Part shown: piece by piece, positions 11,811 to 25,152 of the stretch
Layout of the letters: the number at the start of each line of letters is the position of its first letter
How positions within the stretch are numbered: position 1 is the first letter of the stretch
NCBI GenBank assembly: GCA_013265495.1
Contig: MU061579.1
Span: 2,539,319-2,603,318, forward strand
Source: Vicugna vicugna
Taxonomy: Eukaryota
Length of the DNA stretch: 64,000 nucleotides
Reading direction: 5' to 3'
Made by a program: the position numbers and the translations under genes
Notes under the pieces: model-generated
Database searches by the model: none
What the model was told of the DNA's origin: nothing
Seen by the model: only the letters and a program-made list of their open reading frames with translations

Positions 11811-12600
11811 TAAACAAGTTGACTTTTTCTGATTAGCTGTAGGTAACATAGAGTATATGTATATGTTAGTTCAAATCAACTTTATATCTAACTCGGATTC
11901 CTCACAACACATATTAATAGTTTAAGGTGAGGGTACTTTTCCATTTCCAGGTTTATTTACAGTCATGCCACCTCCCTGTCTTTCATATACTGGAAACAGT
12001 CATCATACTTTCCACAAAGTGCCCCCTGATATCCTTCTTGTACTTTCGTTCTGGCTGTTTTCTCTGTTTTGAATTCTCCCTGCACTCTTCAGTGACTTAA
12101 ACACTACTCAACCTCTAGGCCTGCAATTCCCTCATCCCTTCTGGGAATGCTTTCCCAAGCAGTTCAGCCCCCTCGGAGCACACATTGCCTTCGCTTAATT
12201 ACGATGCCGTGCTTGGATTTCTGCTTTTCTTATCTTAGATAAAGGATCTTCATTTTAGAGTAGCCATGTCTTATCCATCTAGGTAACCCATATACCATCA
12301 CATGACACAGGACAAGTGTTTAAAGAGGGACAATTTGGTGTTTGAACCTGATCTTTCCACTGTCTCTGTGGGTAAGGACTAATGAAAATAATTTCATAAA
12401 TGGACTTTTTTTCTCTATAGTTTAATTTTGCTGTCTAACTAAAATTCCTAGGCTTATTATTATTTCCATTTAAAAAGTGTAACAGTTGTTTGAGGAATGC
12501 AAGAAATTGCATGTGAATAAGCTGACTGATTTAAAGGTATTGTTTTACAAATTTGCTTTCTGCATTACTTCTAGAGTACTCTATCATTAAAACACATTTA

Positions 12601-12753
12601 CACACAGGGAACCATATTTAATATTTTGTAATTATCTTTAATGAAAAAGGATGTGAAAACTAATACATGTCTATACATGCATGACTGGGACATTGTGCTG
12701 TACACCAGAAACTGACACATTGTAACTGACTATACTTCAATTAAAAGAAAAAG
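12601..12753 (+). mobile_element. Young lineage-specific L1 3' end, 5'-truncated, with TSD
   Basis: ACAGGGAACCATATT...GCTGTACACCAGAAACTGACACATTGTAACTGACTATACTTCAATTAAAA; flanking direct repeat ACACATTTA at 12592-12600 and 12754-12762. Confidence 0.9.
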
Positions 12754-13185
12754 ACACATTTATAAGTTCTGGCTAATTCCCATGTGGAATTAAATGAGAA
12801 TGAGTAGTATGCTGTCTTTGGCAATTGTTGATTCTCAGAATTAGAACTCACCTCCAAGCTTGTGCTGTACTTATAATCCTATAATTTCCCTAAGACTCCA
12901 TATTTTTTCTTGAACTCATCAGATCTTCTATTATAATCACATTTAAACTTCAAAGGGAATCTCTTTCATCTCAGTCAACATCCAGAAGCCTTGTAAAAAT
13001 GTATTATTTGTTTGTCAAGATGGAGTGATTTTAAAATGTACTGTTATATCACACATCAATAGATGATTCAGAAAGAAAAAGTAAAAGTTGTTTGAGAGAG
13101 GAGATATTACCTGATTTGATTTTTATAAAATGATCAAAGGAAACCCATATTAAAAATAATATTTAAAAGCCATCTCTAAAAATTC

Positions 13186-13356
13186 TTCTTTTAATTGAAG
13201 TATAGTCCATTTACAATGAGTCAGTTTCTGGTATACAGCATAATGTTTGTCATACATGAATAAACATGTATTCATTTTCATATTCTCTTTCACCATAAGT
13301 TACTACAAGATACTGAATATAGTTCCCTGTGCTATACTGAAGAAACCTGTTGTTTA
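13186..13356 (-). mobile_element. Young lineage-specific L1 3' end
   Basis: TTTTAATTGAAGTATAGT...TTCTGGTATACAGCATA...TAGTTCCCTGTGCTATAC is the reverse complement of the element at 12601 and 15813. Confidence 0.9.
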
Positions 13357-15763
13357 AAAGCTTTATTTTTAAAGCAATTTCATCTGAGAATGAGAACTCC
13401 TCACATTAAGAGAATGTATTCAAATACTGTTTACTGGAAGCCTCCAGTCTGTTTAGAGCTGGGCTTCCGCTGGTTGCAATGAGGTCCAGTTGCTGCACCT
13501 GTAATAATGATTTGTCTTTATTTACACAGCTACCCATTGTCTTTGAAGTCAGGTAATAGCTGCAAATCAAATGGCATACTCTCATTCCCTGTCACATCTC
13601 CTGCTCCTTAAGCATTAGGGTAAACAGATGTGGCTTCACTAAAGCTGTTGTCAGCGATACACTACTTTCAGTGACCATAAATCTTTCCATTAATGATATT
13701 AAGGAACAGAATTGGTCTTTTACACTTTCCTCTCCCTCCGCTCTATTTTAAGGCAATGGCTTTATAAACAAATACTTCAACTGTGCAAGGTATGACATGG
13801 TGTGAAATAAGCTTGGTCCATTAGTAGGTTGTGAGGTTGGGGCTGAGAAAAGTAAAAGGAAATAATGTGATTGGCACAGGAAGGGAAAGAATGCTTTGTA
13901 CAACATAAGCAAACTAACAAAAGGCAGAATGGCTTAGTTTTATTTAGAAAAACCCATACGTGTTCCTACATTTATTAAAAAGTGACCCTCTTGAACTCAT
14001 TCTGAGTGGTATTAAAATGCCAATGGGGAGACCAGAAGGAAGAGTCTGCCAAAACGTTTTTCCATCAGCGGTGATGTTTTCCATTTATTTTACTCGAGAT
14101 GAAAAAGAATAAGGGAATGAGAGAACTTGCTGCTTGTCATTTCAATAGCAAACAAACACCAACCTAATAACACCTCCGAGGACGTTGCTGGAAATTTATT
14201 TTTTATAAGCTCTCATGCCGTGAGGGGGAAAATGTTGGTTTACCTTGATCAATGGAATTTAAACCCCTTAATATCTCTTTGATATAATAAAACAAGGAAG
14301 GGGTGGAAAGTTGTTTCTTAAGATTTGGCCCCACGGAAAAAGTAATGAAAATATGTGTAAGAACTTTGACTTAAAGTTGAACCACTTCCTTGGCTTTTCA
14401 AAGCTTTCAAGCTTTTCAAGATGGGTTTTGTCATTTCCCTCCCCTTCTTCCCTTGTCCCTCCTCCTCCTTCTATTCCTTCCTCTTCTTTTTAAAGCAGAA
14501 GCTCACTTTTACAAAAATTTGAAAACCATATATTTTGGGGCTTTGAAAGAGTAAAAATTTACCAAAATTTTAAAAAGGCGTGGATCCAATCTTCTTATTT
14601 GGTCTTCCCTTTGGGTTTGCTCTGCTGGAACGTCTTCCCTGCCTTTGTCGTTTCCAGTTCCTGTTCCTTATTCAAGTTCAGCTGAAGAACTCTCCCGAGG
14701 CTTGGGAACGCGATTCTGCTGTGAGCACACATTCCCATCAGAACACCTAACACAGAGGGGGAATTCTGTCTTCTTGTTGGTGTCACCCCCTCAGTGGCAG
14801 CCTGGGAGCTGAGGCCAGAACTGGGACAATCATTTACATTTAAGATGAGGAGGAATGTAGTAACAGGGAGATGACAGAGGAGGACCGGGAAGGCGGCACC
14901 TGTTAACAAGTTCAAAGGAGTAAAGAATTTAAAGAAGGAAGGGGTTGCAGCATCAAGTAATACAAAGAGTCTGAAGAATCAGAGCCGTGATTGACTATCA
15001 CAATCAGGAGACCACTCGTTCCTTTAGGGGAACAGTTATCTCTCTGATAAGGTGTGGAGTGAACACTGCAAAGTTTTAAAAATAAATGCAGGAAAAAGGA
15101 GTGAGGCAATGAGGGCAAACTCTTCCCCCACAATATTTGGTGATGAGAGGAATGTAGTGTGCGAGCTGGAGGGAGACACACGTATGAGGAAGGACAACAA
15201 AAGTTTCTGCTGGGTATGGACACTCAACATGCCACGAAAGATGGGGAAGGGACTCGTAAAAGGAAATGAGGCATCTATCAAAAGGGAAGGATAACTAAGG
15301 GAACAGGGAGAAGTGCTGGCTTTGGTGAGAAAGAAGGACATGCATTTCTCAGATTCGTGAGTCAACAGAAGGAGGGCTTACAGCGAAGCTGCTCTGAGCA
15401 GCAGAGGAAGGCCAGCCCTCTCACACACTTCTGTTGGTGACCGATTTCACGTGATCGGAGTAAGAACCCCAGGATGTGCATGGAAATTCAAGGTGAGGAT
15501 GAAGGAACTTCGGGGTGGCGTTTTTGGGGGGAATTCTGGGAAACAGGTAGTAGGAAATTGACAGGCTACATGAACAGACTAGTCAATGTTAGAAAACAAT
15601 TATTTGTAATCAATTCAATCAGCAATGTTTCTAAAAATTTCTAGCAATACCAGGTAACCTAGGAGAGAGACATGTATAAAGAAAATGAGGACTTCCTAGA
15701 GCTGGCAATTAGCCTGAATGGTGATTCTAAACTGTAGTGAACGCATTCTTCAAAAGGCTTTTC

Positions 15764-16070
15764 CGTAGACTTTGTGTGGTTGTGTTTTCATTGTCAGTTG
15801 TCTAAAGATATTGGTTACCAGGGGGAAAATGGGGTGGGAAGGGATAAATTGGGAGTTTGAGATTTGCAGATACTAACTACTATATATAAAAGAGATAAAT
15901 TACAAGTTTCTATTATATGGCACAGGGAACTATATTTAATATCTTGTAGTAACCTATGATGAAAAATAATATGAAAAGGAATATATGTATGTATACATAT
16001 GACTGAAACATTCTGCTGCACACCAGAAATTGACACAGCATTGTAAACAGACTATACTGAAAGGAAAAAA
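15764..16070 (+). mobile_element. Young L1 insertion with 5' inversion (inverted ORF2 piece ~15764-15812 + 3' UTR 15813-16070), 12-bp TSD
   Basis: 3' UTR GGGATAAATTGGGAGTTTGAGATTTGCAGATACTAACTAC... plus A-tail; TSD AAAAGGCTTTTC at 15752-15763 and 16071-16082; the inverted piece translates YL*TTDNENTTTQSLR on the minus strand. Confidence 0.88.
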
Positions 16071-16149
16071 AAAAGGCTTTTCATTGTATCATCTCGAGGC
16101 AGGGTGAGGCCCAGTACTGGGCAGGGCCTGAAATGGCCTGAGATTTTGA

Positions 16150-16341
16150 CTCTCACATTCTCATGGTTCATTCCAGGTGTGAACCTGTCCTGTGGCGCTT
16201 GGTAAAATTTCCCTGGCCCCCTCCGTGGATTTGCTAATTCAGCGGGTCTGAGATGCAGCCCGTTTCTGCATTGTAATGTGTTCCCCACCTCCAGGTGATT
16301 CTGATGCAGATGCTCTGAGTCATGTATTGAGAAATGTTGCT
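16150..16341. mobile_element. MER5-type hAT-Charlie non-autonomous DNA transposon remnant
   Basis: CTCCAGGTGATTCTGATGCA...TTGAGAAATGTTGCT and GCTAATTCAGCGGGTCTGAGATGCAGCCC match MER5A/B words. Confidence 0.75.
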
Positions 16342-17184
16342 TTAATCACACATTGAGAAATATTGGCCTAAGAGAATGGGGACTAGGTCAAGGGGCTATA
16401 GGTCATAGCGATCATGAATGAGTTGGTGGTAATTAGCGAGTGGCTAAAAGAAAGGAGTTTTAAAAGCAAGGTTAATTTTCAAGAGTGGGCAGTGGAAATG
16501 AAACTCTTTTAAAAAGCTATTTTAGAAGAGAGGGAAATCTCTTCTTCTGCCCACCCCTCTGTCTATCTTGCTACCACCCAAGAGGGACCTGGGTAGGACT
16601 TCAGGGCAGTAAATTAGCCACATTCAGTAGTAGGTGGAGCGATACTTCAAGAAACTTTCAGACCCATGTGTATAGCATTACTGCTCTGCTTTCTCCTGCC
16701 ACGTGGCTGACAAGGTGAGGAAGAGACCAGGAACCAATTCAAAGATTTACCAAAGAGACCTGTGTGTGGAAGGAGGCAGTACTTAGTTAATAACAGCACT
16801 GTAGTTGTATTTTCCATTTCTCATGACTCTTCTGTGTGCTGTTCTTCCTCTAGCAAACTGCATTAAAAAAGGAAAATCATGAATTTGAGCTTTCCTTGAT
16901 CCTGTAGCAAAATCCCATTTATTAAAATCCCAAACCACAACATGTACATCTATTAGAGGTCAAAGACTCTGGTAGTAATACAGATATAAGATGGCCCTCT
17001 TCTCATTATCATTTTTCTTGATCATTTCCTCTGAAAATAGTGCATTAGACAAGGTAAAAGAAAGAAAACATATAAAACACTGCACAGGGTGCCTTGCAGG
17101 GTGTTAGCACGTAGTAAATGGCTCTGTGGTCCTGTGGTCCCGTGGTAGGAAAGTTAATGGGAACTCGTGTTGGTATTTCTTATA

Positions 17185-17520
17185 TCCATTCTGGTAATGA
17201 GAGGCCAGAACTGCTTCTAAAACCACTGAGAGTGGATAAAAGGTAGCTAGTTGATTTGGGGTTCTCTGACATAAAGTCATTCATAGACATGGTGACAGAG
17301 GCTCTGTCATCCTTAACACGTAGCTTCTGAGGCTGTCTTGTGCATCGGCACTTTACAAACAGGAGGGGAGGAGCAAGAGATTGGAAGGTCACGTGGGAGA
17401 ATTTATGAGTTAAGAAAGTGGTAAAAATCACCTCCATCCACATCCACCTTCCTTTAGCCAGAATTCAGGGACATGGCCACACCTCACTTAGGTATCCTGG
17501 GGAATATTGTGTCCAGGAGC
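17185..17520 (-). mobile_element. Old MaLR LTR (MLT1J/K-like)
   Basis: TTAGCCAGAATTCAGGGACATGGCCACACCTCACT, shared with 59210-59260. Confidence 0.6.
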
Positions 17521-17799
17521 TCTGGCCTTCTGGCTCTTCTGGAGAGGTCCACATAATTGTGAACGGCAGGAGGGAAGCAGGAGGCAAGGAAGGGTTTGAC
17601 CCTGCTCATAAAGCGGCAGCTACTCAGAAGGGAAGACTGCTCATCCTTGTAAGTGAAGCTGGGCTCTGTCCATGTCTTGTTGGAGACGTTACGTCTCATT
17701 GGCTTTGTCTGAGTTTGTTGGCAGCGTTGTGTGTGTCCTCCTAGGAACCCTGGGGTTGATTAGCTGTAGGAACTACTTTCCTTTCCTCGGTTCTGTAGA

Positions 17800-18065
17800 G
17801 AGGCCCTCCCACACTAGAATGTCTAACCCGACCCTTAAGTGCTGTTCATTCCCTTTTCTCTGCTTATTTTCGTCGTAGCGCTAACCAATGTAGCCTTCTT
17901 TGTTATGTCATTTTACTTGTTTCTGTCTCTTCCGATGGAACGTAAACCCCAGAACAGCAGCAACTTGCTGCTTGTTTACTGTTTTATTCCATCAACAAGA
18001 ATAGTTTCCTTTTCTCAGATAGCCTTATCCTTTGGGTAAGTACAGGCTGAATGAGTCTGTAAATA
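17800..18065 (+). mobile_element. L2 3' end
   Basis: TTACTTGTTTCTGTCTCTTCCGATGGAACGTAAACCCCAGAACAGCAGCAACTT...GCTGAATGAGT. Confidence 0.55.
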
Positions 18066-18189
18066 GACAAGACCCTAGCTGCGGATGCAGGACTGAGAGC
18101 ATCTTCCTTCGCCTTTGAGCCCGCTGCCGAAATCTGAGACAGCAGAAAAAGATTACCTTTAACACTCTGTTACGTACACATTCAACAGT

Positions 18190-18720
18190 GCAACTATTTT
18201 TTATGTTTTATAGGGAACTTAGTGATTTCAGTAATCGGAAAGGAGATGGAGAAGTCTGGCTTTAGTTATATTTGGATCCAGGAGCTCAAATGATGCCAAC
18301 GGTTATTTCTCTTTCTCTCTGTCTCTCTCTTTCTCATTCATTGCTGTTTTCATTCCCTTTATTCTCTTTCTTATTAGGCTCTGTTCCCTGATGGATATTA
18401 CCTCTATTATAGTGAAAATTTCTTTCCACATGATGTAGAAGATGATAACTAGTAAGTTTATGTTTATTTTGTTCCATCTTTGTAATCACAGGAATTTTAG
18501 GAGAACACATACACTCACACATACACACACACATGAACACAAAATCTTTCTTCTGATGTCTTCTTTAACCCTGCAGAAGACTTTGCTGGATCCTACTTGA
18601 CTTAAGTACCCCTTCTGAAACAATACCAATCAATATTCCAGGAATACTAAGACTGGCCTAGAATGAGAAATGCACACAATTTTTGTCCAGGAAGAACAGC
18701 ACACCATGACTGGAAAGTCC
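18190..18720 (-). mobile_element. Old MaLR LTR (MLT1I/J-like), degraded
   Basis: TGGATCCAGGAGCTCAAATGATG, then TCTCTTTCTCTCTG, then CTTGACTTAAGTACCC...CCAATCAAT. Confidence 0.45.
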
Positions 18721-21700
18721 ACCTTCACTGTATAGTGGTATGGGGGAGATTTTTCCAAGGAGTTTTAAAAAGAAGGAAATTGAAGAGAACGTTGGCAGCA
18801 AAATTACAACGTACACCACATGTATAAACCGTGTTTTCATAATACTCTTGGTTCATACTTTCTAATTATTTACTTCTTGCCAAATGAATAATTGAAGGAA
18901 AAGGATACTGTTGTCTTTTTGATGGTTAAACATTTAATATGTGAAGTAAATAAATGTAAAGTGAATGAATCAGTGAATGAATAGTTTTGATTTTTCCATT
19001 GAAAGGAAAGATAATACCAGAGATAACTACCACTATATATATATATATATTTTACAGATGCATTATGCTCTTTGATAGACTCATATTTCTCATGAAGAAG
19101 AAGTTTAAATATGTTTTCCAAGGAGTCAAAAGGTGAATAAAAGGAACAGGCAATATTAACAATGTTAGGAGGGTTTGGACAAGAAAAATTTGATGAATTG
19201 TGATGTGTTAAGGTGCGACACACCACTTGAGTACCAAGAACTGTCATTTCTTTTATTTCCTAATAACTCCAAGAAGTTAGGTTCCTGTTAGTTTCTTTCA
19301 CTGCTTTTGCCAAATAGATAATGTAAATTCTTAGCAACTGTATTATAGTACATCTATTATAGTATATTATAGGCATATTTAATAGTGGAACTACATCAGT
19401 AAACCTATTATTAGCAGAATGCAAAAAAATATTAAATCTGTCCTGCTGCTCCTTTTGTTAACCATTTCTACTAAGACTCTCATGCTACTAGACACACGCA
19501 CTTGCCAACTTTTTAGACAAAGAAATACGTAACATACTAAGCATATTATAACCTAGAAGTGAAATTTGTTCCCCAGTAAGAGTTCATTTAAATAATTTTG
19601 CTGTCACCATAGGGGGCTTTTTTTTTTTTAAAACCATTGCCTGTCATGCAGAAGCATTGGTGACCACAGTCCCTAAGGAGAGATAAAATGTGTTAGAGAA
19701 GAAATGAACACCTGCTGGAGTTATTTTGTTTTGACTAAAGAGGCACTTTGATATTCAGCTGGAGGGAGGAATATCAAGCGAAAGAATGCAGACAGTGATT
19801 AAAACCAGGTTTCTTTACCAGCGGGTTTCTAGACACGTTTTATCACTGTTTCTGGAGGTAAAACAAGAAGGTGTGTAACCTTTGTATCCCACTGCCGGAG
19901 CATTAATCTCACCCAGAATGAAGACAGAAGGGCCCAGTGTGTGGTGCCCATAGAACAGATATATTTTAATAGACCAGAGCTTGATGCTATCACAAATGCT
20001 GGCATTTGCCAAGTTTAACTTGAAATAAAATCTAATCTTACAAATAACTGAAATAGAACAAAATGCATAAAACATCTGTTTTCAAATTATCATAATGTTT
20101 ATAAATCGAATGAGCCGCTTCTTAACTCAATCAGCTTGTCCTTGTGAGTTAATGGGCTGGGATGCCATTTTTTTTTATATTAAAACCCATTATAAGGTGA
20201 TTCTTATAGCCTTTAGCTTGATGATGTTTCTCTAGAAAGGAGAGTTTATCTCCTAGAAATGTCCATGGTACCTGCTCTCTCAGAAATACTGCATGTGGTT
20301 TGGCAAGTGTACGAACACCCAGCCTAGCATGTTTGATGTCCTGCCTGAGGGCTGTGTTAGTGAGGTATCATTTAGAACAGAGCAAATACTGGAAATTGAG
20401 TAAAAGAGAACAGCTTTTAAAAAAGAGTACATTTTGGGTTCCAAGTGCTTCGTTGACAAAGTCTCATTTATTCATCCTTGATATTATTTGGATATTATCA
20501 CCAAAGTCATATCCCCCTTTTTACAGGAAAATAAATAAAAATTTATAGAGAGCTTTAAGTAATTTAAAATAACTTGTTTGATTAAAAAAAACTGAGTTGT
20601 ATAAAAACTGAGATATGATCCCCAAATTTCATTACATTAAATATTTATCAGATAAAATAAGTACCTGAAATGGATGAGGATATCAAAAGCACATCAGGAT
20701 GTGTCCTTTCTCCAATTTGGCGGTCCCTATTATCTCATTTAATCACTGTACTGCTGACCACTTTGGAGTCCTCTAGTATTCAGTCTATTAAAAGTCTTAG
20801 CTATTCAAGTTTAAAATTTAGTTTATTTTAGATGTTTAGTCTCGACCAAATATTTTAAACTAAATCAATTCAAATTTCAGCTTGATATCAGCATTGCCCT
20901 CCCATTTAAACTCTCTCCATTTCCCCCATCCTTCTCTTTCTTCTACTGCTCATCTCTCAGGAAGGCTCTAGATGTGGGGGAAAGATCAGGCTAACTCCAA
21001 GGGTTTGAGAGGGAGAAGGCTGTTCTGCATTCGGCCACCTCATCCTTCCCAGCATCTGCTGGGATGACTGAAGCTTTGCCATCCTGTGTTGGCCTCAATA
21101 CCCCATGCACCTGCTTCTAATGCAATTCCTCTCATTGTGTTGTCTACACATGTCTCTGTTCCTTAACTGGCCTCTGCTTATGAGATTTACCTATTTTGGA
21201 TTATATCTACCCTGAATTATTCTCTCCATGACCTATTCCATCCAGTCCTTTAGCAACCATCACTGGTCACATGGGGAATTTGGACCTCCTCTGTACCAGA
21301 TACTGCTTATAGTCTAATTTCTACTCTTTACCAGGCTTAAAATCTCACTACACCATTTCTACTCATGACCCACATGTGCTGTGTCATTATTAAGAGGAGG
21401 AAGGACTCCTGCAGACCTACACAGTGCCTTGCCCACTGAGCGGCAGAATCAACTAAAATTGAGAAAGTTTCTTCAAACACGTTTCAGAGGTTATGCCATG
21501 TTGCATAGCTTTATTCTCAGTCAGTTCATTGATGTGTCATGGGGATATGGACACACACACACAAGTGTTGATAAGTTCTTGGGTCTATGAGGAGAGAGTA
21601 TTTGCCTACAGAATGGTTTCCATCATTGTTTTTCTTGTTAGAATTTCCATCTACCTCTGAAGACCTAGACTTGGTACACTCTTTGAAGTTTTAGAATGAA

Positions 21701-22744
21701 AATTCAGTTAGGTGGTGTATATTGCTGGGCATCTTGATGTATCTAGAGTGCCATGGACAGACCTGCTGGTGAGGCAGTTCAGCTACAGAGTTGACACAGG
21801 AAGCTCTCCCGCTCTGGAGTTCATCTGGTTCCCTGGGAGTCTCCACTCATCTATCCCTGCAGTAGTGGCCCTACGAGAAATCAGCAAGGAAGCGCCAAGC
21901 AAATCTTGCCATGGTTCTTCCTTCCTGTGTTCTTCTTTACCCTCCAACCCTTCTCTAATTCTCCCTTTAATTTTAGAAATATATGTGTTCTCTTTCTTCT
22001 GAGGTGGAAGAGTGTTACCATATCCTGCGTTCTCCATTTCAGGGCTTCCAGTAAAACTCAATGCTCTCTCTCTAATTTCGCCCTTCATCTCTTAGACACA
22101 AACTCATCTATATCTCTTCAAATACTAAATTCTTGCAAATCAAAAAGTGCTTTGGTTTTAGGCAATTTTTCTTCCTGAGTGTTAAAAAAATCACTCAGAA
22201 TTTCATTTAACTTATTTTTTTCCCCAGGCTGTATCTATTCTATATAAAGTAGTATCTGACAATACTCTAGTAGATGGGAGTCACAGGACTGTAGATATAG
22301 GAAAAGAAAGCTCATGGTTTAAAATTTCCAAATAGTGTTCCTTACATGTGTAAAAGATCTTGTAAATATCTAGGGAACAGCTAGTGTTCAGTCACTTTGA
22401 GCTACTGTTGCTTCTGCTATGCTTTGACCTCCTGTTGTTTCATCTCCACACTGATCATACTCCTCCATGACCACCACCATCTGCCAGCTTGACTTGATTC
22501 CGTACTTTCTGCTTTCTGAGATTTGGGCCATTGATGGCCCGTTGCAATCTAGGAAGGTCTGTGTATTAATTGGTTTCTGGTATTTGGAAGTCATCCTATC
22601 TCATTTGAACCACGTTTCTGATCACAATGAAGACCCCGTATGTTAGGGAGAAAGTAAAGAAACACGTCATTGTACATATTAGATATGAAAGAGAAAAGGA
22701 GATTTTTAAAATAATTTCATGGACTCAGATATTGATTATTTTTT

Positions 22745-22960
22745 ATATTAATTAATTCAGTTCTCTAATACATATTTATTGAGCACCTACTGTGTGTTAC
22801 ACTGAGTTCTAACTGCTGGGACATAGTAGAGAAGGAGACAGAAAATATCTTTCCACTTATTCCTTCATTCTAGTAAGGCCCATAGACAACAAGAAGGTTG
22901 AAAAGTGATACTTTCATGTAGTGACAAAGAATATGAAAAATAGGCGAGATACTTGGCTAG
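22745..22960 (-). mobile_element. L2 3' end
   Basis: CATATTTATTGAGCACCTACTGTGTG...GCTGGGACATAGTAGAGAA. Confidence 0.75.
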
Positions 22961-23290
22961 ACAATTACATGATATTTCTGAGAAAGTCGTTATTAGAAAC
23001 ATGTTGCCATTAAATCATAAATTCTAGGTAATCATAATGAAGGTTATAGTGCAATTTAAATCCCTACTGATTTTAAAGTATGATGATTTTGGGAAGTAAT
23101 TATTTTAGGAGAATGTCTTCATAATTTTTTACACTTATAATATTTTATAGAGTGTGTCCATTAAGAAACCTAGCATGGCCACCACAAATTTCCTGCTCAA
23201 GAAAACAATATTACAAATTTACTTCAAATTAGAAGATTATGATTCAACCAAACATTGGAAGATTATTTGCCCAACAGTTTCCTTGGAGAC

Positions 23291-23696
23291 TATTAGTGGA
23301 GTCGAGCTCCCATGACAAAATACTGTAGACTGAGCGGCTTATTTATTTTCTCATGGAAATTTATTTTCTCACAGTTCTGGAAGACCAAGATCAAAGTGCC
23401 AACAGAGTGGTTTCTGGTGAGACCTCTCTCCTTGGCTTGCAGGTGGCGCCTTCTCACTGTCTTTACATGGCCGTTTCTCTGGGATGTATGCAGAGAATAT
23501 GAGAATTAGAGGTCTCTGGTGTCTCTTCTTCTGATAAGGAGACCAGTCCTATTGTATTAAGACCCCACTCTCTATCCTTATTGAACCTAAATTACCTGCT
23601 TAAAGACTCTGCCTCCACGTACAGTCACACTGGGGGTTAGGGCTTCAACATACAAATGGGATTGGGGGTAGGGAGGGCACAATTCCATCCATACAA
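23291..23696 (-). mobile_element. MLT1A/B-type MaLR solo LTR
   Basis: TTTATTTTCTCACAGTTCTGGAAGACCAAGATCAAAGTGCC...CAGTCACACTGGGGGTTAGGGCTTCAACATA. Confidence 0.9.
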
Positions 23697-23904
23697 AGAC
23701 TTCCTTATCTCATCACATAGACGATTGAAAAGCTCTTTAAGTCCAGCACTGTGGTAGATCTTTTCCCAACACATTTTTATGATTGATAAACAAATTTTTT
23801 GGCATTCTATTTAAAATCAAGTTGTTATGCTAATTTAAATGACTTTTTAAATTACTATATATAATTTTAAGGTATATTCTATTATTTATTTAAAAACCCA
23901 CACT

Positions 23905-24622
23905 ACATTAGTTTCCTATACCTGTTGTTACAAATTATTACAAACTTAGTGGCTTAAAACAATGCAAATTTATTATCTTACATTTCTGGAGGTCAAAAAT
24001 CCAAAATGGGTTTATGGACTAAAATCAGGAGGGGATAAATTGGGAGTTCAAAATTTGCAAACACTAACTACTATATATAAAATAGATAAACAACAAGTTT
24101 ATATCATACAGCGCAGGGAACTATATCCAATACCTTATAGTAACCTACAATGAAGAAGAATATGAAAAGGATTATGTGTATGTGTATGTATGACTGAAAC
24201 ATTATACTGTACACCAAAAGTTGACACAACACTGTAGACTGATTATACGTCAATAAAAATTGGGAAAAAAAGATGTTGACAGACTTAGGTTCCTTCTGGA
24301 TACTCAATGGGAGAATCTATTTCTTCACATGGTACAGGTTTTGGTGTGTGGTCCTTCCTCAATAGCAGTACCTCAATGTTCCATCTCTTTCTCTCTCTCT
24401 TCCTCTCCATTGCTGCATCTACTCCTTTGACTCTCATTCTCTGCTTCTTTCCGTCTTTTATAAGGACACTTAAAATCTGGATAATCTAGACTAATTTTCC
24501 CACCTCAGGATCCTTAACTTTATCACATTTTCAAATTCTCTTTTTCCATGTAAGGTAATATATTCACAGGTTATGGGGGTTAGGATGTGGACAACTTTAG
24601 GAGCCATCTTTTTCTCTATTGC
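23905..24622 (-). mobile_element. MLT1D/E-type MaLR LTR interrupted by an L1 3' end
   Basis: 5' part ATTAGTTTCCTAT...AAACTTAGTGGCTTAAAACAATGCAAATTTATTATCTTAC; resumes after 24270 and ends ATGTAAGGTAATATATTCACAGGTT...TAGGATGTGGACA. Confidence 0.85.
24029..24270 (+). mobile_element. Young lineage-specific L1 3' end nested in MLT1
   Basis: GGGGATAAATTGGGAGTTCAAAATTTGCAAACACTAACTACTATATATAAAATAGATAAACAACAAG... plus A-rich tail. Confidence 0.92.
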
Positions 24623-25152
24623 ATTGTTCATATTACTTCCTCTGTAATAATATTACTTTAGGAAGCATAGACATTTTGCCATTAAAATTCCATAATTTCA
24701 TAAACTTTTGCTAAAAAAAGAATCTACTAAAATATCTGACTCACCATGGCTACTTTATCTTTCAGAGTCTTGGAAGTAAAAATGGAGGTAACTTTGCCTT
24801 CTATTTCAATTGCGAAAAATGCTGTATCATTCATGACAAGTAAGCGTGAACTCAGATTTAAGACATGCTCTTGTGCAAGTTGGACTATGCAGATCATAGA
24901 TGCAGCAGATAACTGACACATCCGCCAATTCACTTTTGTAACACGAACTTACAGTTCTGTTATAGAAACAGAATTGGCCCCCAGGTTATTTCCTTACTGC
25001 AGGTTGAGGTTCATTAGTGTAAAAGCCTGACCAACAGACTCAACCTTTATACATCCAGTTGTTTGTAAAATAGCCTAAAATGAGAAGAGTTTTAGCCATT
25101 GCTAAAACTATGCCACAAAACCTCACCCAATGGCTCTTATCCACCAATAATA

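Noticed and set aside
13530..13552. 23-nt microexon (TTTACACAG|...CAG|GTAATA)
   Set aside because: Not frame-preserving, no partner exons seen; better explained as part of the motif-rich island.
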